A DNA stretch of 64,000 nt, taken from the NCBI GenBank assembly GCA_946965045.2, contig OX337237.1, forward strand, positions 2,170,001-2,234,000. Reading direction: 5' to 3'. This document shows positions 36,001 through 46,009 of the stretch, in pieces; within the stretch, counting starts at the first letter, position 1; each line of letters begins with the position of its first letter. Under the pieces are notes generated by a model. The model searched no databases and was not told the origin of the DNA. It saw only the letters and a program-made list of their open reading frames with translations. The stretch is from Epithemia pelagica. Lineage: Eukaryota; Protista; Bacillariophyta. Position numbers and translations under genes: made by a program.

Positions 36001-36954
36001 CATCATCTTTGCAGTCGTAACGAATGGAGCACAGCGACCTTTCATACTATTTTGTGGAATTCACATGCAACTGCTCTCCGCAGTCAGTTTTCCAGACGGC
36101 AGTTCTTCATGAAATATCTTCATGACTGGCTTCCGCTGGGTGACAAACGGTCACTCTATGCAGATCATTATCCATCAACATGCCCTAAGTGCAATCCACA
36201 GGTGCTAGAGACACGCGAACATTTTCTCCGGTGCCCTCATCGCAAGTGGGTTGGTTCTCTCCTGGAGGATTTGACTACCTATTGGAAGACTCATTTTATT
36301 GATCCTATTCTACAATTTATCTTGAAGGAGCTTATACTTTCCTGGATAGCGGCTACTCCTCCGCAACTTGACCACTTGTCTTCTTCTTATGCGGTTCTTC
36401 TGGCACGTCAATCAACTGTGGGTGTTGTTCATCTCTTCTTTGGTCGATTTGTTACCGACTGGGCTACGTTGCAAGATCACTATCTGACTCGATCACCACC
36501 GTCTGAATCTGGTCAGTTTAATGGGACTCTCTTTGTCACATCGACGATTAAAATCATTTGGGAACACGTCTATCGATTATGGATATCCCGCAACCAAGAT
36601 TTACATGGACACAATACTACGACCCGCGAAGATGCTGCGTTGGCTCAGGCTCAACGTGAGATTCGATGCCTTTATCGTTTCCGGACTTCCGTGGATCCTC
36701 GGGATCAGATTTTGTTTTATCCAACACCTGACATTCACTTCACCACACACACGACCTCTGCTAGCTTGAGATCATGGCTTGACACTTGGCAACCTGTGAT
36801 CCTCAAGTCCGTTAGTTCCTCTCGCTAGCGACCTAGTGTCGCTAGCTTTCACCTTTGTTAGTCCTCGCGTATGTTTTTACATATGCCCGGCGCGTCGGTC
36901 GGCGTTTCCCCTGAGTGGGTACGTGCGGCAGCGTTATAATAGATTCAATTTTTT
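33086..36954 (+). mobile_element. 5'-truncated LINE (same clade as copy 1, different subfamily) with an open RT-RNase H frame
   Basis: 1249-codon open frame to 36828 with FVDD intact. TTGGCTC flanks both sides (33079-33085 and 36955-36961); the 3' end is a T-run. Confidence 0.9.
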
Positions 36955-37004
36955 TTGGCTCCATCCATGCCATCCATGCTCCATCCACATCAGCCGAAGT
37001 GACG

Positions 37005-38680
37005 ATGAGCGATATAAGCCACACCCCTTTCTCTAAAAGAGTCTTATCGATACAATCTCATGTTGTTTCGGGATGTAAGTTACTCGTGTACGGATACTAG
37101 CACAAGTTGGACGTTCCTTTGGATGAACCACCCTCACAGAAGGAACGATATGACTGACAGACGTGGGCAATAAGGCAGCAGTATTCCCTTTGCAACTACT
37201 TGGGTTCGATGTGGATGTGGTGAATTCAGTACATTTTTCAAATCACACGGGATACAACGGCGGCGTAGAGGGCGATGTGTTGAAAGGAAACCAATTGCGG
37301 GACATCCTGGATGGGTTAGAACGAAACGGTCTGTTGGCCAATGTTGGTCACATTTTAACCGGCTATATTGGATCGGAGTCTTTTCTGGAAGCTGTATTGG
37401 ACGTGGTTGAACGAGTGCGGAAGAAATCGAGTGGGTCTCAGCATGTACGCTATGTGTGTGACCCAGTGCTTGGAGATCACGGCAAATTCTACGTGGCACT
37501 GACTACGCGCTTGGAATGGAACTCTGACTTTCCTTACACCACCATGTCACCGGAGTGGGATCTACACCAGGCCATCACTACCGCCATTCGACGTTTCCCT
37601 AATCCACCACTATGTCAACATGTCAAAGGACATCAAGATCGACGAGTCCCGTTAGACACTTTGTCTCTTCCTGCTCAACTGAATGTTAAGGCTGATCTTC
37701 TCGCGTCGCAATTCACTTATCCGTCCGAGATGTCCTCGACTCATGCTCCTCTGATCAGCGGGGCAACGGCAATTTTGCACGGCCCGAACGGTACTATCAA
37801 CTCCAATTACCGTCAAGTACTGCGACGTCTCGCGTCTGACCCTGCAATGATTCATCATCTTTGCAGTCGTAACGAATGGAGCACAGCGACCTTTCATACT
37901 ATTTTGTGGAATTCACATGCAACTGCTCTCCGCAGTCAGTTTTCCAGACGGCAGTTCTTCATGAAATATCTTCATGACTGGCTTCCGCTGGGTGACAAAC
38001 GGTCACTCTATGCAGATCATTATCCATCAACATGCCCTAAGTGCAATCCACAGGTGCTAGAGACACGCGAACATTTTCTCCGGTGCCCTCATCGCAAGTG
38101 GGTTGGTTCTCTCCTGGAGGATTTGACTACCTATTGGAAGACTCATTTTATTGATCCTATTCTACAATTTATCTTGAAGGAGCTTATACTTTCCTGGATA
38201 GCGGCTACTCCTCCGCAACTTGACCACTTGTCTTCTTCTTATGCGGTTCTTCTGGCACGTCAATCAACTGTGGGTGTTGTTCATCTCTTCTTTGGTCGAT
38301 TTGTTACCGACTGGGCTACGTTGCAAGATCACTATCTGACTCGATCACCACCGTCTGAATCTGGTCAGTTTAATGGGACTCTCTTTGTCACATCGACGAT
38401 TAAAATCATTTGGGAACACGTCTATCGATTATGGATATCCCGCAACCAAGATTTACATGGACACAATACTACGACCCGCGAAGATGCTGCGTTGGCTCAG
38501 GCTCAACGTGAGATTCGATGCCTTTATCGTTTCCGGACTTCCGTGGATCCTCGGGATCAGATTTTGTTTTATCCAACACCTGACATTCACTTCACCACAC
38601 ACACGACCTCTGCTAGCTTGAGATCATGGCTTGACACTTGGCAACCTGTGATCCTCAAGTCCGTTAGTTCCTCTCGCTAG
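37005..38680 (+). CDS. Chimeric ORF: pyridoxal kinase N-terminal part fused in frame to the LINE RNase H/C-terminal region
   Basis: PDXK exon 1, intron 37075-37160, then ...CDPVLGDHGKFYV-AL-TTRLEWNSDF... with no stop until 38680. Confidence 0.75.
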
Positions 38681-38806
38681 CGACCTAGTGTCGCTAGCTT
38701 TCACCTTTGTTAGTCCTCGCGTATGTTTTTACATATGCCCGGCGCGTCGGTCGGCGTTTCCCCTGAGTGGGTACGTGCGGCAGCGTTATAATAGATTCAA
38801 TTTTTT
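37500..38806 (+). mobile_element. Duplicated 3' fragment of LINE copy 2
   Basis: Appears identical by eye to 35648-36954. Confidence 0.9.
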
Positions 38807-38856
38807 TTGGCTCCATCCATGCCATCCATGCTCCATCCACATCAGCCGAAGTGACG

Positions 38857-39947
38857 ATGAGCGATATAAGCCACACCCCTTTCTCTAAAAGAGTCTTATC
38901 GATACAATCTCATGTTGTTTCGGGATGTAAGTTACTCGTGTACGGATACTAGCACAAGTTGGACGTTCCTTTGGATGAACCACCCTCACAGAAGGAACGA
39001 TATGACTGACAGACGTGGGCAATAAGGCAGCAGTATTCCCTTTGCAACTACTTGGGTTCGATGTGGATGTGGTGAATTCAGTACATTTTTCAAATCACAC
39101 GGGATACAACGGCGGCGTAGAGGGCGATGTGTTGAAAGGAAACCAATTGCGGGACATCCTGGATGGGTTAGAACGAAACGGTCTGTTGGCCAATGTTGGT
39201 CACATTTTAACCGGCTATATTGGATCGGAGTCTTTTCTGGAAGCTGTATTGGACGTGGTTGAACGAGTGCGGAAGAAATCGAGTGGGTCTCAGCATGTAC
39301 GCTATGTGTGTGACCCAGTGCTTGGAGATCACGGCAAATTCTACGTGCCTGTGGAACTGGTGGATGTGTATAAAAGCCGCGTCATACCAGTGGCGGATGT
39401 CTTGACTCCAAATCAGTTTGAAGTGGAACAACTCACTGGAATTTCAATTGAAACAATGGACGATGCCAAGAAGGCCTGTATGCGACTTCATGAAATGGGA
39501 CCCTCCCTGGTGATCATCACGAGCTTAGTCATAGCTGACTCAACAAAAGAAGAGAACAATTGTCCGACCATATCAATTGTAGCCTCGCAAGTGCGAAAAA
39601 CTCGAATGCAACAAACAAATGGCGGATCAGGAGTGTCAGCGCTTCCAGAAATGTGGAGCATAAGTTGTCCCCAGCTACCAGGAGCCTATACGGGGACCGG
39701 GGATTTGTGTGCAGCTCTTTTCTTGGCACACACAGCAATTCAACCAAACGACATATCGGGTGCATTGGAGAAAGTCATTGATACAATGTACGCCATCATA
39801 GAACGAACTCATCGTCACTCAGAAACCTGTGGTGAGAGTGAAATCAAAGTAGATTCATTGGTGGCTGCAAGAGAACTCCAGTTGATTCAATCGAAACGAG
39901 AGATTGAGAATCCACCCCAGCTTTGGAAAGCAGATCGGATACAATAA
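38857..39947 (+). CDS. PDXK: Pyridoxal kinase, 2 exons
   Basis: [24 protein letters not shown] (intron 38927-39012), CDPVLGD, TPNQFE, GTGDL. Confidence 0.95.
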
Positions 39948-40003
39948 CAGGCATTTCTAATTTCGTCCAACATCCTTCCTCTGTTTTGCACGAGCTACGA
40001 AAA

Positions 40004-41290
40004 TCATCCACCAGCGTTCAGTTTCTCGTGCAGTTCTCTGGCAAGATCACTGTCGGAGCGTTCCAAAGCGCCTTCGGGGAGCACAAGTAAGGCCGGTTCG
40101 GCTTCTTCAAGCTTGTAAGTTTCCGATTTGTTCATTCGCAGACCCTCTTGCAATTTCTTCTCCGCAGATAAGCTTTGGGGAACAGCGGCGAAAAATACAG
40201 AAGAGTTATCCTTTTCCCATAAATGCAAGATATCATTGCAGTGTTTCCGAAAATCTTGTAGATCTTTCTTCAGCGGTGTTAACGCAGGCGTCTTGGCAAT
40301 ATCAGGCAACCCCTTTGAATATGAAAACTCTCGCGTCCTTAGTGCCACAGTTGCTTCACTCATAAGTGCAATCGCGACACCGTGGTCCATATTCTCCCAG
40401 GCAGCCTGACCTTGGAAATAAAGGCTCAGGGCGAGTTGTATTTGCGTTTGGAACGCCATGAGAACAAAAAAGTCTTTATCCATCCGTTCCTTAGCAACGA
40501 CAGCGTCTTTACGAATTGCAGACATGAATTCTTCCAACGCTTCCATGATTCCATAGCAAAGTTTTCCCAGCAGACCATAGTTTGGTTTCCCGGGCTTCAT
40601 GAGCACCGTTGCAACCGCCATTTGCTGCCCATTCGCCATGAATAACGTCTGAAAGGCTCGAGTCGCAGCAATATGGCATTCAGAAGGAAGCTTTTCAGGC
40701 AATACATTGGCTCCTTTGCTGACCCATTTAGGCAGATGTTCCTTGTGTAAAAACTCCATAATCCCCGCAGCTGCCGCGTAATCGCGAGAGGCCGCAGCAA
40801 ACTGCCCACCTACCGAATTTTCCGTGGCAGCCGCAGCTCGTCCCAAGCCTTCGCATGCAATAGCCATTGTTAAATCGTACATGATGGCTTCGCTCACGAA
40901 AGCTTTTGGTTCCTCTTCGACCCCTGACATCCATTCAAAGAGCAATTTTTCATCCAGACGAGCATTCTCTGGTTGCACTTTACACGACACCAGAATGTTG
41001 TGAATGAGAGGAATATACCTTCGAGCATCCGCGGTCACACGCTCACTGGAAATTTTGTCAGCATCACAAGCTTCTTGAAGCCGCTTTCGGAAATCGTCTG
41101 CATTCAACACCAACTTCCGAGTCTTCGGGTGTTGTCCAACTGTCTTGAAAGATTTGGCGAAACATATCTTGCGATGCGACATCTTCGGCACCGCGAAACG
41201 ATGGACAACTGAAGCCAGTCGAATTGCAGCATCTGGATGATCCAACTTGGGCACCTCTGGATCTTTGAACAGATATTCTCCCATTGTCAA
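40004..41290 (-). CDS. BRO1-domain protein (BROX-like)
   Basis: LLFEWMS..SEAIMYDL, AAGIMEFL, ANGQQMAV, HGVAIALM pattern over ~400 aa, all-helical. Confidence 0.7.
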   Translation of the reverse strand: MTMGEYLFKDPEVPKLDHPDAAIRLASVVHRFAVPKMSHRKICFAKSFKTVGQHPKTRKLVLNADDFRKRLQEACDADKISSERVTADARRYIPLIHNILVSCKVQPENARLDEKLLFEWMSGVEEEPKAFVSEAIMYDLTMAIACEGLGRAAAATENSVGGQFAAASRDYAAAAGIMEFLHKEHLPKWVSKGANVLPEKLPSECHIAATRAFQTLFMANGQQMAVATVLMKPGKPNYGLLGKLCYGIMEALEEFMSAIRKDAVVAKERMDKDFFVLMAFQTQIQLALSLYFQGQAAWENMDHGVAIALMSEATVALRTREFSYSKGLPDIAKTPALTPLKKDLQDFRKHCNDILHLWEKDNSSVFFAAVPQSLSAEKKLQEGLRMNKSETYKLEEAEPALLVLPEGALERSDSDLARELHEKLNAGG

Positions 41291-41407
41291 GTTTTGTCAA
41301 CTCTTCTGGAAAGTTTTTGTTTTTCTGGTTCATGCGTTGCCGCGGAAGTTGGAACGAAGTCGGCGGGCGCAACGACTGGATTTGGACGACATAAGAAGAA
41401 AAAACTA

Positions 41408-43376
41408 CTCCCTCCTGAAAGAAAATACTTCACGCTTTTACAAAAAAAACGATAATTTCACAAGCGAACGTCCTTTTTCCGTAATTTTTTTTTTGTTAGA
41501 AAGCCCTACTCATTAGCTCTGTTTTGGTGTATAATTTATATGTTCGATTCTTGCGTCGGAACGAGCTACGACCGTTCAAAAGGCGTGATTTTGAGCATCG
41601 GTCTTCAGAGCCCACCGGTTGACACTTCTATGGCGCCTACGAACACGTCCTCTTCAGGGCGGCCCCCCAGGGCACCAAAGTACAAGACCATGCGTGAAAC
41701 TGATAAGGTTCGCATCGTTTCAGCGCTCAATTCCATGGTCAACCAAGGCACCTTTGGCCGTGGTTCCATTTCTTCCATGGCTAGAGAGATGGGTTATGAC
41801 AGGTCGACTATAAGTAAACTCTGGAACGGCGCGCGTGTGACACGCGCCACGGGCGTAATTCATTCACCTGAAATTTCAAGAAAGCTTGACAGGCGTGGGC
41901 GAAGGCCTAAATTGTCTCCTTCTACGATTAGAGTAAAGGTAAAAGCCCTTCCGTTGAACGCACGGAACACAAGGCAAAACCTCTCCTTCGCGTTGCGAGT
42001 TTCACACACCACTGTGAACTCGTGGGTGAAGAAAGGGATCCTTCGCACTCACAGGAACATGTTGAAACCGACGCTAACTGAACAGAACAAGCTCTCCAGG
42101 CTCTTGATGGCAACATCATTTGTCAAGGAGAAGGACAACAAGCCAGGTGAGTATGAGTACGAGGATATGCTGGACCTTGTGCACATTGATGAAAAATGGT
42201 TTTACCTGTCACAAGATGGAAAGAGATTTGTGCTTGCAGACGACGAGGAAAATCCACATCGTACTGTGAAACATAAGAGCCACATCACCAAGGTGATGTT
42301 TCTGTGTGCTGTTGCAAGGCCCAGGTTCATCCCCCACCTGAACAAGTGGTGGGATGGCAAGATTGGCATCTGGCCCATTGGTGAGTGGGTTCCTGCCAAA
42401 AGGGATTCTGCTAATCGCCCGAAAGGTACTCCGGTGTGGAAAAATACCAGTATTACCAGGGATGTGTACCGGTCCCTATTGGTGGAGACGGTATTGCCTG
42501 GAATCATGGAGCGGTGGCCAGTGGAAGACAGAAAAGAAAGGGTGATAAGAATTCAGCAGGATGGTGCCAAGTCTCACATTTCAGAACGTGACCCTGAGTT
42601 CCTTGAATTCCTAAAGGATCTCAAGAATGATGGACAGTTGGATGCAACACTCTACACCCAGTCTCCCAATAGTCCAGATACAAACATCTGTGACTTGGGG
42701 TTTTTCAGGGCCATTCAGAGTGCAAGTCTGATTGTTGGATCAAATGAAAAGGCTTTGATTGATGCCGTGACCAAGGCCTTCAATGAGTATCCCAAAGAAA
42801 AGCTGAACAGGACCTGGCTAACCCTACAGTCATGCTTCAACATGATCATTGAGGAAGATGGTGGAAATGACTACAAGATCCCCCACATGAATAAGGAGGG
42901 TCTTGAACGGATTGGTCAACTTCCCACGGTGTTGGATGTCACCGAGGCCTTCACAGCAAACAACAATCTGCATCTACTGGAATAGAAAAACCTAAAGCTA
43001 AATGAATACCTGGCCAACCTCCACTTGATCCAGGAGGTGGCCAGGGGCTACGGCCAATGATTGTCCCTATAGGTAAAGGAATAGGAGTTCTTGTTGTTGC
43101 TGTGTGGTTGTTGTTGCGAGTTTCCTTCATGTGTGTTGTTGGAGGGAGACGAGTGAGTTTTTTCCCATCACTAATCGCCAGGTTGTAGCTGTGGAACCAA
43201 TGGATCTGGCAAGTGGCACGTGTCATTGGTTTATGTTCATCTACGAAATCAGGGTGGAGTTCGACTCCGAATGAGCCAGCCGGCCTCCTGTAGACTTGTA
43301 CCAGAGCCTACGTAATCTTTTTATGCGACTAAAAAACACAAAAAAAAAGCGTGAAGTATTTTCTTTCAGGAGGGAG
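41408..43376 (+). mobile_element. Tc1/mariner DNA transposon of the plant-mariner/Stowaway type
   Basis: Perfect 32-bp TIRs CTCCCTCCTGAAAGAAAATACTTCACGCTTTT; TA duplication at 41406-41407 and 43377-43378. Confidence 0.95.
41540..42985 (+). CDS. Mariner transposase
   Basis: HIDEKWFY, KVMFLCAVARP, IQQDGAKSH, QSPNSPDTNICDLGFF; no internal stops. Confidence 0.95.
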   Translation: MFDSCVGTSYDRSKGVILSIGLQSPPVDTSMAPTNTSSSGRPPRAPKYKTMRETDKVRIVSALNSMVNQGTFGRGSISSMAREMGYDRSTISKLWNGARVTRATGVIHSPEISRKLDRRGRRPKLSPSTIRVKVKALPLNARNTRQNLSFALRVSHTTVNSWVKKGILRTHRNMLKPTLTEQNKLSRLLMATSFVKEKDNKPGEYEYEDMLDLVHIDEKWFYLSQDGKRFVLADDEENPHRTVKHKSHITKVMFLCAVARPRFIPHLNKWWDGKIGIWPIGEWVPAKRDSANRPKGTPVWKNTSITRDVYRSLLVETVLPGIMERWPVEDRKERVIRIQQDGAKSHISERDPEFLEFLKDLKNDGQLDATLYTQSPNSPDTNICDLGFFRAIQSASLIVGSNEKALIDAVTKAFNEYPKEKLNRTWLTLQSCFNMIIEEDGGNDYKIPHMNKEGLERIGQLPTVLDVTEAFTANNNLHLLE

Positions 43377-43819
43377 TAGCAAGTTCTAATTACTAATTTG
43401 CACTGATTAGCATCGATCTAACTACCTATTGTCATCGTAGAGTCCCAGTAACACTCCAGTCTTTAATGACCTGCTTTTAACGACAATGGGACAAGAATGC
43501 GAGAAATAAGCAGGAATTCCTCATTAACTTCTTGCATCTGGTGTCAAGTATCAAGAGATCTATAATTTAGAATTTTGTTGGATTGGATGATTGGTGAAGG
43601 CTCCGCAGATCTATAAAAGGTCAAGTTGCTACCATGAGACCCAAAAATGAGACATGAGAGTGCCCTTTTGGCGCTCTTGGCGTGAATATTGACACGTGGC
43701 TCTGCAGTCATGCGCACTCGGAAGCACACCATTTTGAGCATTTCGCGTCTTTCTAAAGATTGTGCAGCGTTCCATTATTTCCAGTTTGGCCACATTCACT
43801 ATCCAGATTTGCAGCGTAA

Positions 43820-45842
43820 ATGGGTGTTTTGTCTCCATCACTTTCCTTTCCTTCAAAGTGTGTTCTGTGGCAATATGAAGAATTAATGGCAAATCCTCTC
43901 GATGGTGTCAATGCTGCACCCCTCGACGATAATATGTTTGAATGGCATGGAAACTTTTACTTCCCCGACGACCACATTTCCTTTCCTTTCCTGGAATGGT
44001 CCTTCATTTCCTTCTCTTCCTTCCCAAAGACTTTCCTAGCAGCACTCCACACTTGGAACTTCTTACGAAATTCACCCATTCCCACGTGTTTGGCAAGGAA
44101 ATCTGCTTCAGCTTGTTAAAGGCATATGAATCGCATTTTCGAGGGCAGGCAGAAACAGTGTTTTGGAATCCAGCACGAACGATTCGATCTCTTTTGGAAA
44201 GTGTCTACGTCTTCTTAACAGTCGACGAGGATGCTTCAGTAAATGGGTCTTTTCTGACTGAATCAAGTCGTAATCGAGCTTTGGCTGAAGCAAACAAAAC
44301 ATCTTGTTTACGATGTGGCCACAAGCCTTGTTTGGAGAGAGTCTGGCCACCGGTAGAGACCTGGTATGCCGCAAGGGCTCCGCGCCCCCGATACAAATCC
44401 GAGCAACGTATCTATTCCCGAGTCATGTACGAAGACCTGACATGCACGTCAGTTCCGTGTGGTGATTCGCTACCATCACTTCCACCCGCGAAATATGGTG
44501 TGTCACCAATGGCATCGTCTCGAACGACGGGGAAGGCCACGCAAGCTATGTTTGATGAAAGAATTGCTCTGCTTCAAGTCCATGCACAAAAATTGGTGGA
44601 TTCGTCAGGCCAGAAGATTGGGCGACTGAGCACGGACGCCATGGAGGAGTTTCGTTGCTCCATTAGTGGTGTTGGCTATGATCATTCGAATAAAGTTGTA
44701 CTCGGGTTCGGAGTAAACGTCATTCGTAATGCTGAAGATGGGAGAATTGCGTCCGTCACCAGTGATTTTACTCCGTTCTCTCGGGAAATTTTCTTCAAGG
44801 GTGGAATTCGGAAGAGCGCATTGGAGTCTCCAATGACGCATTTCTTTCCATTTGGAATCAACGCTCGGCACTGGAAAAGGGCACTACGCATTCTCCCCTT
44901 TTGCGTGAATTCCATTCTTCGCAATGGACCGGAAGATGCAGATGTAACAAGACCTGAGGAAAGGATTCTGTTTGTGGTAGGGGAACTTTGGAAAAATTTG
45001 ACCCTGGGGATGATGAAAAGAGGGATACTTGCACTTTGAAAGGGTTTTACTCTCTTCACCATATTCTCCTTCTATCGGCAGGAAAAGACTGCGATGAACA
45101 GGAAGCCCAGGCACTGCAAAAAACGTCAACCACATGTGTATCATTAGTTTCAGATCCACATCCTGTTCACGAAAAGTCGTCCTGGGCAGCGGTTGTTCGC
45201 CGTCACACGAGTGACTCAGAAGCAATGGCCCATCAAAGTTCAAGTCTTATTTCACTGGTCGATCACAAGGTTCGAGAATTTGCCTGTAATGAAAGACTGC
45301 GTATCAAGTCTCGATGCCCCGTTTATGAACGATTCCTCTCTTTGATAATGCTGTCCAGTGTCAATTGGCACGAGGTTGGGTGTACATTTGTTGGAGGGCT
45401 GCTGATGAGATGTGCCCGTCCGATCTTCCTGAGCTGCCCTTCGCTCGCCGTCGTACGAAAAGCAGAACGCACAACTTTATCTGATAGAGCTGTAAAAAGC
45501 TGGGTCGCGTGCAGCAGAGCTATGAAGTTTGCAGCATTCCAGATTCGGTTTATGTTGACAGTGCGTGAGTGGGCTCGACGTGCGGCAGTGAACCATGTTC
45601 CTGTAATGACACCGAAGGATTCGGTTCCTTCGCACCTGCAGATTCTTTCTATGTATAATCGCCTGGACGGTCTTCCCGGAGAGGAAATGGTCCATAGTTT
45701 TCAAAATGAGGTCAAGCAGATTGAGGCGTTAACTTCCTTCGGAGGATTCTTTCAAATGATAAATATGCCTCGCTCTGATCTGGAAATTCAGAATATGCTG
45801 TGTGACGCCATGGAGAAGTGGACTCTTTCCGGACACCATTGA
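43820..45842 (+). pseudogene. UBC/E2-domain protein with a long C-terminal extension, two frameshifts
   Basis: PLDDNMFEWHGNF and LPKDFPSSTP..HSHVFGKEICFSLL (UBC fold with active-site Cys). An extra TTTCC unit at 43977-43991 shifts the frame; a second shift lies near 45020. Confidence 0.7.
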
Positions 45843-46009
45843 TCTTGTATCATGAGTTCTTGCGTCGTTTCGTCTGACGAATTTCCGCTCCTCTAATTTG
45901 TTGAATCTACTCCCGTGCGAATGGATTCCGAAACGGTTTCATAACATCCTGACCCTGCTCGAAGTTAAGCCTGAGATAAACGCATCTGTTATTCATTGTC
46001 TCTATTGCA

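Larger units (their letters stand above)
35648..39347 (+). repeat. Tandem duplication of 1848 bp (35648-37495 and 37500-39347) with a 4-nt GCAC filler
   Basis: Every ORF and motif recurs at +1852 (36828/38680, 37163/39015). Junction reads ttctacgtg-gcac-tgactacgcg. Confidence 0.95.

Noticed and set aside
43250-43270. B-box-like GGAGTTCGACTCC inside the mariner
   Set aside because: Isolated short hairpin with no A-box or tRNA body.
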